Below, one piece after another: positions 23,092 to 33,680 of a DNA stretch of 33,680 nt. The stretch's first letter is position 1. Each line of letters begins with the position of its first letter. The translations under genes and the position numbers were made by a program. The notes under the pieces were generated by a model. The model did not search any database. It saw only the letters and a list, made by a program, of their open reading frames with translations, and was not told the DNA's origin. The DNA lies in assembly GCF_001186125.1 (NCBI RefSeq), contig NW_014039924.1, forward strand, positions 20,398-54,077. The letters run 5' to 3'. Origin of the DNA: Sphaeroforma arctica JP610 (Eukaryota).

Positions 23092-24854
23092 CCTCAGGCC
23101 CGAGTCATGACTCTTGAGAAAAGTAGAGTAGATTCTAGGAGAGAGGTAGAAGTAAAAACTAAAATGAGAGGACTTCGTGTATTTTTCAAGAGCAGGTCAT
23201 CATCATGACTATCGATTATCGAATGTCGTCATTGTCGTGTCGCAAGTAAAGATAAATGCATCGCCGTCAAGGAGTGTCTAATTGTCTATCAACAGATTTT
23301 GGACAGTTGTTGAATGTTGAGTTGTTGACATGATGTAAAATAGTTGGTTTTTTTTAGCTACAATAAATAGTTAGCTTTTTTTAGCTACAATATTTCCGTT
23401 CGTGTGATGTGTTATTTTATATTTACATCATGTGTGTGTGACTTCTCTTGTGTGTTGAATAATGTTGATCGTTGACCCTCTCACTGACTGTCCCTCACTT
23501 CTGAGTTCAGACTTCTCTCCTCCCTCTATTTTTTTAAAGGCTAGGTTATGACGTTATGTGTCTGGAGTTCTGGACTTTAGGTGTGTTTCACTGACTGATG
23601 ACTGTAAATAAGTGTATATATTTATATGCAGTGGAGAATGGAGAATTGAGGCTCCTCGCGACTCACTTGTCCTGTTGTGTATAAATAGAGTTTGTGGAGC
23701 GTGGAGCGTGGAGTGTGGATTGTGGACTATGGACTGTGGAGTCCTGACCTTAAACCGTTTTCCGTTAAAACTTATATAAATCGAATAAATATACGTTTAC
23801 GCTCAACTATTATTTCATATGCGTTCCGTTTTATACATATTATAGGTGTATCTTGTGGGTCTAAAAGTTGAAGTGTGTACCGATTTCAACATACGATCCA
23901 GTCCTATAAAAAGAACAGGTAGGCCTTTCTGATCACATTTTAACCGTATACGTTTACGTTTAACTTCTATTCCGTACCCCCATAACGTAATGAGCTTTCA
24001 GCTGTGGACTGTGGAGTGTGGAGAGTAGACTGGAGACTTGCAGAGAATCGAGAGGTGGGCGAAAGACGGAGAGAATCGGAGTGTCGGAGAAACAATCGCT
24101 GGATTTTGTTATATATTTTTAAAAATAAACAATGTTTAAAAAAAGAAATTTCCTGACTCTGAACTCCGGACTCTGGACTCTGGAGTTTGGACTTTGGACT
24201 GGTTTCAAAGTGCCAAAGCTTTTGTTTTTATAAAACCCTGGTCTTATAATACATAGTAAGAGTTTTATGTATTTATTTACTTTTAGAAGCGTTATATGTA
24301 TGAACTGTACATAGCCTGTTCTTTTTTTCTTTTTTTTTATAACAAAATAGAATCAAATCATAGTTTACTTATGAAGTTCAATTTTCAGTATGAAGAAATA
24401 TTTGTTTTGTTTGGTAATAAACATACTGTTTTTTTGGGGTTTTTTCCACTGGATGTACATATGTTTCAAAATATTACAAAATTTTAATGTTTGCTTTGTT
24501 TCTATTTTATTTAATTTTTTAAAAAAATAACAAAAGCAAAATGCCGAAGACAGATTGAGATTGCCAGAAACGCTCAAAAAAAAATTCAGAACAAAAAAGT
24601 TGCTGTTGGACTTTGGACAGTCTGTCACCTGACACCTCTCACCTCACTCGCCTGGCCTGTCCGAAGAAGAGACTTAGTAAGTCGGTGTCGTCACATTCGC
24701 CAATCGTCTGTTTATTAATATGTGTCGGGCTGTCGGCGACAGAAAAGTTGCTCATCAGACAAATGTGTCGCACAGACACCAACACGATGTGCCAAAACTT
24801 GATTCTGGTACCTCTTGTGAATGTGACTGGTGGTGACTAGCGAGTTGTGACCAC
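23092..24854. mobile_element. 1,763-bp non-coding insertion in the Gypsy RT, flanked by a perfect 27-bp direct duplication (23065-23091 = 24855-24881)
   Basis: TCAGTTTGAAACTGTGGTACGTCAGTC occurs identically on both sides. Removing the insert and one copy restores the RT frame (...KEVIKRLTYHSFKLNPAKC...). Confidence 0.88.
23693..23970 (+). repeat. 7-bp array (YGTGGAN)x7 followed by a copy of the ACGTTTACGTTCAAC repeat family
   Basis: Array at 23693-23741, then GAGTCCTGACCT, with the core motif at about 23793 and 23950. Homologous to 21820-22000. Confidence 0.8.
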
Positions 24855-25497
24855 TCAGTTTGAAACTGTGGTACGTCAGTCTTTTAATCACCTCCTTCAC
24901 TTTAGCAATGTGTTCTTCGTCATCATCGCTGGCAATCACAATGTCGTCAATGTAGTAGTGTACTGGTAGTCTATCGAGTATCGTACTGAGCATTCGCTGG
25001 AATTGCTGCGTCGATACGTATGTATAACCCGAAAGGTGCTGATGTGAACGAGTACTGGTATCGATCGTGTGTGAAACTGACCAGATATCTAGAATCTGGA
25101 TGTATCGGTAGTCTATGATATGCTGCTGATATATCGAGTGTGGTATAGTACTTCCAGGTCTTCAGCCGCGAAATGATCTCATTCGCCTTCGGTATCAGGA
25201 ACTGGTCTTCTGGAATCAGTGCGTTGACCGCTCGCATATCCAGACATGCGCGCACAATTTTACGTTACCCTCACTGTCGACTGCCAGTACAGGAAGATTA
25301 ATCGTCGTTGGTGTAGTACGCTTAGTATTCACTAGGTCCTTCAACCACTTCTGTACTTGTTCGTCGACATACGGCAACCAACGCTCGGATACAAAGTTGC
25401 GTGTCGATCTTGACCCATTGATGATCTCTGAGCAATAACGTATCGGTAGCACTTCTGTCGTCTCCAGACGAGGAGTGCGTACCGCTCTATCCGCCAA
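24855..25497 (-). pseudogene. Gypsy reverse transcriptase core (frameshifted)
   Basis: RACLDMRAVNALI, YYTTLDISAAYHRLPIHPDSRYLVSF, YSFTSAPFGL and catalytic YIDDIVI, spread over three frames. Confidence 0.95.
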
Positions 25498-25536
25498 ATA
25501 TATAAATGAATATATTTGTGCTGGTGTAATTGGTCG

Positions 25537-25731
25537 TCATAAGAGGTCTGCGGATGCTTGTGCGATGCAACTACGGTTCGCACCTGTATCTACTAACGCT
25601 CGGAATGCACGTCCATTCACCTGCAATTGTATATAGACACGGTTATCGGAGGACAGCAGTGGTTCCTTAATTGCCATTACTGTCTTCAGTGGATGCGTAA
25701 ACGTAAATGCTACATCATCATCGGACACCAT
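25537..25731 (-). pseudogene. retropepsin-type aspartic protease fragment
   Basis: VYIQLQVNGRAFRALVDTGANRSCI (DTG active-site motif). Confidence 0.92.
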
Positions 25732-25817
25732 GGCGTCTCAGTGCTGCTCTGTTATCGGAGTCCACGAGGACTGTGATGTGTCCGTCTGTGTATCCGCGGC
25801 CTACTCGACATCATTTG

Positions 25818-27865
25818 TTAGAATTGAGTGTATATGTATCTATGTGGCCGACTGGCTATCGTGCCCCGGTCTGTCATCTTGTGTGAGTACATTAACCTAA
25901 GTGTCGTCGTGGTTGAGGTCGTCTGTCGGCTTGGGTGTTGTGGTGGTTGGTGTCCGGGCCCCTGTGACGGTGTAGACAGCTGTCCTAATAAAACATTTCT
26001 ATGTTGCTGACTTGCGTCTGACGTCCGTATTCTATCGTCCTGCCCCCCCAGGCTGGGCCGCCCGATAATACTGGCAGCGCGGTATGTGTCGCAGTCCTGG
26101 TGGTGCTTGTGCTCGACAACCGTTGCACGTCGTTGGGTTAGTTGTTGGAGTCGGACGTTGTTGCCATTGTTGTTGCTGACGCTGTACTGTGTGCGGGCCA
26201 GGTCTACTATTCGTTGTTTTCCCCGGGCTGTGTCCCCATTATGACCTCGACGGTTGACTAAACGTTGAGTCAAACGAATCTGAGCCTCCTGGATGTCAGG
26301 ACTTAGCAGCTGTAATAATTCATGGGTATCCATAAGCTGCCACTTCGAATATAACTGCAACGTGCGCTCATATGCACGGGATCCTAAGTTGTCTTCCAAT
26401 AATTGAACTATACAGTGGTTAAGCAGGTTTTTCTTAAAACCTGCATCGGTCTGACAACGCTCGTGTGCACGCCGATGATTCTTCATAAGGTAAGTCATCT
26501 GTTCCATCACTGGAACATTACTTACTAAGCTTTTCGACAGTTTGCGAAATGTAGGGTCCACTGTGGCCTGTGTCTCGTGTGAACAGATTTGTATTATCTG
26601 TAGTTATGGTGTCCATGCAACTAGACGTTGGTGATTAGATTTTATATAATCGAGCATAGATTGCTCGGCAAAATGGCTCAACACCTTGTAAAACCAACGA
26701 GGACTCCATGCTTCATCTAGACCCGAAATTTGCGCATTCTTAAGGGCTTCACGCAATGCTCTTTTAGTGTCGCGCTCCATACTGTTGCTGAGATTGTACC
26801 GGTTAGAAGGCCACTCCGGCCAACTACGCGGCTCCCGCGGTTCTGGCTTGTTCGCTGGTCGCGAGTCGTGTGTTGCTCTCAAAGTCTCGAGTACACCTCG
26901 TAGAGCCTCCGCTCGTAATAAATCATCAGTCTCTACTGCACTACATAGCTCCCCTGACAGCTTGAGTATCCGGGCATGCAAGGACTGGCGGTCAGCCGCT
27001 ATACTGTCCGGTGTAGGAGGTGTAATCTGTTGTGCTAAACGTCAATGCTTGTCTGCTGACGTTACTTGGCTCAAAGGAGTACGTTCGAGCATCCTACGTG
27101 CCAGCAACCTATCGTCCATAGCTTCCCGCACGAACTGCTGTCCCTGACGTTGTGCCTGTAGAGACGTCTCCATGCTATCTCGGCGGTTGTCTAGCGCTTC
27201 CTTACCGTGAAGGTTCTGCGTGGCTTGTTGTTGTTCTTGTACAAAGCTCTGGAGCGATGAAGGTTCCCGTCGTGTATCATCTTCCTCCTAATCCGACGAC
27301 GTATACCCTAATCCGTGACGAGTTTGGTCTGCCCCTCTGATGTGGAACTCTAAGTTGTCAGGCGACGAGGATGTGTTCGCCCGCCGTAGGCGTTGCAATC
27401 GTCGATCATATTTCTCCAATAACGATTGCTGTTGTCGAAGTAGATCCGTCAGTTGTTCTGGTATGTCACTGTCTCTACCTCGGCTATGTCATTCCCCTTG
27501 ACGACGGTGATGAGGATGCTTACCCACCACCGCTCTTGAGACTTCTCAACGAGTTGTCCCTTCGTGGTGTAAAGCCTGCGACGCTGAACGTGCGACTCTT
27601 AATGGTTCCGGGTTGCGTCGTTCCCTATCCGTGAAATCCACCTCACTAGGAGTAGTTAACCGTTCATCACGTTGCTGTTGTGCTGTTAGAGTCCGCCTAT
27701 CGTTTGATCAGACCGATGTTCCGTCTCCAGATCGTCCGACATTTCTCCACCAGTGCCTGCGCGATCCTGGGTACGACGTCTACAACCTCGTCGATGGATG
27801 TCATCTCGTTCGCGTTGTTCTGGCGAAAGATGTTGTTGTCGACGACTCTGTCTAATGTTGGTCAT
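25818..27865 (-). pseudogene. gag-like ORF remnants of the retroelement
   Basis: Broken co-oriented ORFs directly upstream of the protease, with a probable start GCCACCATG at 27865. Assigned by position only; no zinc knuckle recognised. Confidence 0.55.
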
Positions 27866-28324
27866 GGTGGCCGTGAATTATGTTTGTCGAGTAATAAACG
27901 ATGTGACGCTATCTTTACTTCTCCTCTGCCTTAAGTAGTCAACTGTTTTGTCGTGCCGTCGCCTTCGGATGAACTGAAGTCACGCTGAGAATTCATATAT
28001 CGTCTTCGCCTTGCTCTACTCGTGATGTTGACGCGTCGGCGTTGTTCCTTCCTAAACAACTTTGCCCTAAGCTAACCCCGAACGACGTTGTGATTGCTCC
28101 ATACTCTTCCAGCTAACCCTTACTATTGGTCTACGTACCACGACTCTCTCGGTAACTCCTTACTCTCGACGATCCACTTCCAGCTCACTTGTGCACATGT
28201 TCTTGACTCCCCCCCGAAGCTCATCTGGTCCCCCAGTGACTTCCGCTTCTAACCTATCTAGTTAGTTAGTTGGATCCCTGATATCACACATTGCTCTTGC
28301 TTGGAACTTCTGGACATAAACGAG

Positions 28325-28339
28325 CACTTGTCTCCGCCA
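28325..28339 (-). promoter_or_regulatory. candidate primer-binding site (TGGCGGAGACAAGTG) after a possible LTR end (..GATCA at 28343)
   Basis: CA + 3 nt + TGG arrangement about 470 bp upstream of the gag-like ATG. The cognate tRNA was not identified, and there is no second LTR to confirm it. Confidence 0.3.
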
Positions 28340-29987
28340 ACTTGATCGGGCTATGCACACACACATTGACATTGCTTATTGTTCATACAGTCGCTTGCTT
28401 ACATACTCACCATTCCGAGTACTAAATTATCTCACAATGTCGTGCTCTATACTGTTGTATACTATTACTGTGTGTGCATCTTACTTCCTATCTCTTTACC
28501 ACTTGTTGTCAATTATCATACATCGCGTTGTGATACCGTCTTTGCATGTTATATATGTTACAGTGACTCTTACACATGTCATTCTTTCGCTCCGATCGTG
28601 TCTTATACCAGCAAACTATTTCTTATTGCACCAGGTTACTTGAGTACTATACATTTCACATCCTTCATTCATATCACGATGTAACGTCTTCTCACGTACC
28701 TGATTGGTGTGTATATCCATATATTTCTCGTTGTCATGGTGGTCTTCCAACATTTACACCTACCTGTTTGTTCCTTATGTGGGCTCCAATTCATCTTCTG
28801 CAATCTGCTATAATTCTTGCTTGTCCTCTCCAATCTTCCTGGTGTGACTTGGCTCTAGCGAAGGTGTCGGTGCCCATAACGGTGTGTGTTCGTCTCGATG
28901 CTGTGTGGTTCAGAGTGTCCATGTTGATGTGATTGCATAATTTCTTTGGGTTTGTTCTATCGTATCACTTCCCCTGGTTCGATTTACTACCGTATTATCT
29001 GCGGTGATAATTCGTGGTATCCTCTGTCTGTTAACAACTCTGCCTCTAATCTCTGTTCGCTCTATTCTCTCGTTCAAGCGGTCTATCTGTCGACGAGCAT
29101 GCGTCCGAAGTTTTAGGGTTTAGGGTTTCATTTATTGAACTAAAATCCTATGACTTTCATTTTGTCAAGTGTTTTCCCTTAATCAGTTTTATCCTGATTG
29201 GATAAACCCGGTTCAAAATGTAGTCTCTAATAAAAACCAAAGATCAAATAAACCCTAATCCTAAATAAACCCTATCAGGGACTTCCTGACTACAGTGGTC
29301 GAACCTATTATTGTATAAATCAGGGCTCAAGAAGATTAATATAGTCTATGTTCGGCTATTTCTATACTCTATAACTTTTTTTGGGAAATGAAACAGGCCG
29401 GAGTTTTATAATGTGACAATATTTAAAAAACAGAGAGCGACCAATCCCCTTTCAAACGTAAAACATACATTGGTCCAGCTTCAAACTTACCCAGTAATCT
29501 TATCGAGTTTAATATCGAGTTCAACTGGTGTATTTGATATAGCAACCACACTATATAAGGCTGTCCAAAATGAAATCACAAACAAAACAAACAAACAAAT
29601 ATCAGCCTTGAAGCTGGCTGCTAAAAATTCCTCCCGTGTTTTGATCTCTACTTCAAAACAAAAAAAAATGGTATCACATGATGCATATTGTGCGGGCGCG
29701 ACAGTGTCTCAACTATTGATAAAATACAACCCAAATGGTTTGTATCCCAAGGGCGTGATGTGCAGTTTGATATATGTGCTCCTATTAATTGTGATGTAAC
29801 GGATGCCTATAGATTGAGCACGGAAAGGATATAACTCGGAACTTTTGACTCTCCCTGTAAACCTTGTACTTGTTATCGCAGCGAACCAAAATGCTTAAAC
29901 GTAGTTCAAGATGGGCCTGTAGAATATTGCATCCTTTTTATATATATATAAAACACCCAATCCTATATTATCGCTTTTGGACGTTGG

Positions 29988-29992
29988 AAAAA
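29988..29992 (-). terminator. Pol III terminator (T5) of the tRNA gene
   Basis: TTTTT on the minus strand immediately 3' of the tRNA. Confidence 0.75.
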
Positions 29993-29993
29993 T

Positions 29994-30078
29994 TTCCCAG
30001 CGGGGGGCTCGAACCCCCGACCTTTCGATGAACTTTCGATTTAAAAGTCAAACGCTCTACCAACTGAGCTAGCCGGGA
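29994..30078 (-). tRNA. tRNA-Lys(UUU) with a 12-nt intron at the canonical 37/38 position
   Basis: TCCCGGC TA GCTC AGTTGGTA GAGC G TTTGA CT TTT A [AATCGAAAGTTC] A TCGAA AGGTC GGGGG TTCGAGC CCCCC GCTGGGA A. All four stems pair and the mature length is 73 nt. Confidence 0.93.
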
Positions 30079-32120
30079 TGTTTTGAAGTTGACATAAATA
30101 TAATTAATTCTTGTTTTATACTATTGTTCAATATCGGCACAATCATAACCCTCTATATTAATCTATACAACTCAAATTTTATTTTATTTTAATTTTGCCG
30201 CACGAACTATCAATTGCTGAAGTGCCGTACTATATCAATTACAATTCAAAGTTTACTGGCCAATGTCTTAGTAGTGCACTTGATCATGTCAGAAAGGACA
30301 TCCTCGCAGCCAAATATCGTTTTGATACACTGGTTGGCAGGTCATTTATCTTTGGTGTGTATTGTAGAACAATACGAGCAATATGGATACAATGATGATT
30401 TGTGAATATATGCCGGATAAACTTTACCACGGATCTATTCGTAAACAACTGTGAGCATTTCGCATGGATTTTCTTTGAGAATTTATATATGTATATTGCG
30501 GCCTGTAACTGCTGTGCAGTATACTATATGTGGTTGCTCATATCATCTCGATATTTATAGCTGTCTATATTAGAGTCTTGCGGCTACAAAGGATTGTACC
30601 TGTACACTTATTGTACGTATTTTCTCGCATATGTTTCGTCGTATATGGTCTATAACTCAACTGTTACGGCTAGTAAAATTCTAAATAGGTTCGAGGCTAC
30701 AAAACGCAACTACAGTTGTAGAATCTTGGACTGTGGTAATGTAGCAATGGCCAAGCATGCTAAACATATCATACTTCAGCGCCCGATTCCAGATTTCCCT
30801 GCGCTCGTCGGGTTGTAGGCATCCTTTCAGCTACGATTACCATTTAGAATACGTATATGATAGTCATTAGTGGTAGTTAGAATGGAAATATTCTGTTTGC
30901 TCTCCAATGACTGTGCAAGGCCTCCTGTATACATATTTTTTGATTTTATCATATCCTGTGCTTATCTAGTCTGACACCACTGCTCTATGAAAGTATGGAC
31001 TTTGAAAAGGATCTCGTGAATTTTATATGTTGGACTGCCATAAAGCTTAGACAGCACAGACACTAAAGATCGATTGTAATACCAAAGACACGTGAGTAAT
31101 ATGTTAAATTGATAGAGTACCTGTGATTAAACATGCTAGTACGTAGATCGGTTGTATAAGAATAGTGCGAGAGTCACCAGCATCATTGTTAGCAGCCAGA
31201 TTACAGTTCGAAGGAGGTGTTAGATTGTAGTTTAACAAGCAGCATTTCGGGGAGTACGATCATACCGTTATTAAGGAGGTTCTAATGACAAGTATGGTGA
31301 TCAAACAATACGTTGTGCCGCATGCATGTATACAGCGCGCGACAGAGCAACAAGCCCGAAAAAAGGTTGATGTGACATATGCTCTTAAAAATTACTATGA
31401 CAAGGATAATTTCAACCTGCAGATGACGGGCGTAAAGGGACAAGTAACTCGGTCTATGCGTACAGGTGTGATGAATGCTTTGTGTATTTTGTTAGTGGAG
31501 AAGTATTCAGGTACAGTCGGCGTTGTGGTGATATCAGTGGAAGATTCATTCTGCACATGCATAATAGTTTTGTCTGCTGCTGCTACAGAAGAGTTTTATT
31601 CGCACCACAGTCATGTAGATTGTGTGCACATGCGTGCAGTGCCTGAGAGTATTATAGAGATTGGTTCAGCAGGGTCAACTGATCGCGTCAAGATCTGGAA
31701 TAAGGGTTCCAAGTGATCTATTCAGCCATTAATCTAATTGATATTGGACTATGTTAAGAATAATAGGGATATCATGTGTACGTAAATGCGTGATCAATTT
31801 AACTTTATGTCAATAACATATAGGGCAGCGCTACGCCAGCCACCAACTCAGGCTGAGACATATCTTCTGGTGTTATATAGAGCAGCGAAAATTGAGTGTA
31901 TCACACACAGGGACTGAAGGTTGAAGGTCGATGGTATTTTGGATATAGATCCTCTTGGCTAGTGATTTATGTCCTACATATATATTTGATTGTGATCGTA
32001 TGACTAGCCTAAACAACTAGTTTCTTTGTCACTTATGTCCACCACGATGTCAACAGTGACTGGTAGAAGTCTGGATCGATATCGTCCGAGTTACCTTGCC
32101 ACCGATCAGTTTTTGGAGCT

Positions 32121-33219
32121 TCAAAGATAAATAAGTCCCTCGCACCTTGTATCTCGTGATTGGCGATGTCTATGTCGGAAATTTATAGCGCTGTAGTATC
32201 TGAATTCTTTCATATTACATTCAATATTTATACGTTTCCTATTGATCGGTCGTCGGTGGCAAGCTGCTGTAAAAATGCGAGTTATCCGTTCTATTTGTTG
32301 CGCGGTATGCAAGTGTATACTAAGTGACGTTCCAACTCGTAGCGGCCTGTAAAACCCTTGTCCTAGAAACATTATACGAATATTGGTTTTGCGACGGCCG
32401 TTACCATCCTACCCACAACTCCTGCAACTTGCATGGTCGCACCATACATTTTTATTGTGGATGTCACTGTCAATAGAGACTTCATAATAGCATGATATAA
32501 CCAACATGTGTTACCGCAAGATATTACACTACGATTGATCGCTGTGCAGCTTTTATAGTCAGTAAAAAAGGCAAGATATAAGCCCTTTAACTCACACATA
32601 GGTGATTCCACTTTTTCTTTCCGTGTAATCACATATAAACCAAGCCATGTCGTCATGTAGATCTAGAGCTGCTTTCGTTCCATCTGGCATATAAGCTACG
32701 ACTTGTAGCGCAGTTGGAAATGTTTGTCGTGCGTGGAATAGGTTCGATATTGCTACTGTGAATGTACAATAATATGTTCACCCGGTTGACTTACTAACGT
32801 CAAAATGAGCATCTGCTATACCAATAGTATCACTGCAGTTCGTAAATGTAACTATAAACAAAACAAACTTTTCTCAGGTGCCGATCGTCTGCTTCCCTCC
32901 GTATGTTTCATCCGATTTATCATCGGCCTAATCATTCCGTTAATTGTCTCGTCCTCCGCTTGCATAGCCTTTACGACTCGCTTACGAAAATCATTATTCC
33001 AAAGTGCGCTACTGTACTCCCCTACTGCTGAAGCCTCCCGTGCAGCCTGTTCCTCTGCAATTTGATACATTATCCTGTCATGTTGCTCACGGAATGAAGG
33101 TGCAAGAATATCACTAGCTACTGAAGGTGTAATGCCTTTCCAATGCCTATCACGTCCAATAATTGTACTGAAACTATATTGTACACGAGATATGAATCTA
33201 CCTAGGGATTTTCTAGTAC
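32121..33219 (-). CDS. putative unknown gene or pseudogene with very short introns; exons about 33219-32869, 32755-32596, 32549-32413, 32362-~32121
   Basis: Introns 32794-32756 (39 nt, GTAAGT..CACAG), 32595-32550 (46 nt, GTGAGT..CTGAC..AAG) and 32412-32363 (50 nt, GTAGGA..CTAG) join open frames in consistent phase. The link to the upstream ORF needs an 18-nt micro-exon or a frameshift. Confidence 0.45.
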
Positions 33220-33240
33220 CTGGACAATTACGTATACTTG

Positions 33241-33662
33241 GGGTAACATAAATATATATATTATAAATGCTGACACAACATTTGCCGTTAGCATAGTTTG
33301 TCTGCCTATATATGTTAGCTGATCTTGTTGTTTTTGTATGTACAGATTAGCTGCGAGTGTGTCTGCATCGTCTATCATTTTGTTCTACGGCTTGACTAGT
33401 TTATAATCTTGTACAATCTTCTCGACAAACAAATTGGCTCGATTTTCCTATTCGGGAACTATATGTCCGTTCATAAAATTTATATCACATTTACAATCTC
33501 CTTCGCCTGATATACACATACTTTGACAAAACCACCTTTTGGTATCGAAGGTGGCATAGGCACCTTTGCTAGTTAAATGGGTAGCAGAAATATAAATATT
33601 CTAAATGCTGGAACAGCATCTGCTGTGGGCATAGTTTTCCTGCCTATATATGCTAGCTGATC
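33241..33662. repeat. diverged direct duplication of about 84 bp (33241-33324 and 33579-33662)
   Basis: gggta.ca.aaatata.atatt.taaatgctg..aca.cat.tgc.gt..gcatagttt..ctgcctatatatg.tagctgatc is shared without gaps. Confidence 0.85.
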
Positions 33663-33680
33663 AGGTGTGAATTGTCTTTT

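Larger units (their letters stand above)
22607..28345 (-). mobile_element. decayed Ty3/Gypsy LTR retrotransposon (gag-like, PR, RT, partial RH; integrase and 3' LTR not seen)
   Basis: Domain order on the minus strand is gag-like ORF remnants (about 27865-25818), aspartic protease, RT, RNase H. Many frameshifts and stops. The 5' boundary is uncertain. Confidence 0.9.

Noticed and set aside
24690..24760. CTGATGAG on the minus strand inside the insertion, a possible hammerhead ribozyme (Penelope/retrozyme-like)
   Set aside because: No properly placed GAAA closing a stem II and no convincing stems I/III by eye. An Infernal search would settle it.
24828..24854. CTAG near the right end of the insertion as a Helitron 3' terminus
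   Set aside because: It lies 14 bp inside the boundary, no clear GC hairpin precedes it, and Helitrons do not create TSDs.
28345..30078. tRNA-targeted integration of the Gypsy element
   Set aside because: The element lies roughly 1 kb or more downstream of the tRNA, not at its transcription start as for Ty3.
29413..31716. Plus-strand ORFs of 60-143 aa around the tRNA
   Set aside because: No recognisable motifs or consistent splice chain.

Overview
Intron-rich eukaryotic draft-assembly window with (TA)n/(TG)n microsatellites and three N gaps. The gene content fits a unicellular opisthokont/holozoan such as an ichthyosporean; this is inference and was not verified. Manual splicing gives, in order: (1) the 3' part of a CYSTM tail-anchored protein gene (+); (2) an unknown minus-strand gene with a 1.68-kb exon encoding a mostly disordered region; (3) a divergent gene that resembles metazoan Mediator subunit MED29/Intersex, followed by two decayed copies of its 4th exon; (4) a complete 5-exon PNO1/DIM2 gene; (5) an intronless ORF with a Phactr/Bni4/neurabin-type PP1-binding module; (6) a repeat-dense block; (7) a decayed Ty3/Gypsy LTR retrotransposon (-); (8) an intron-containing tRNA-Lys(UUU); (9) a putative minus-strand gene with very short introns. 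The most unusual structure is a 1,763-bp non-coding insertion that splits the Gypsy reverse transcriptase. It is flanked by a perfect 27-bp target-site duplication and has no visible TIR or poly(A) tail. All family assignments come from recognising motifs by eye; no searches were run.
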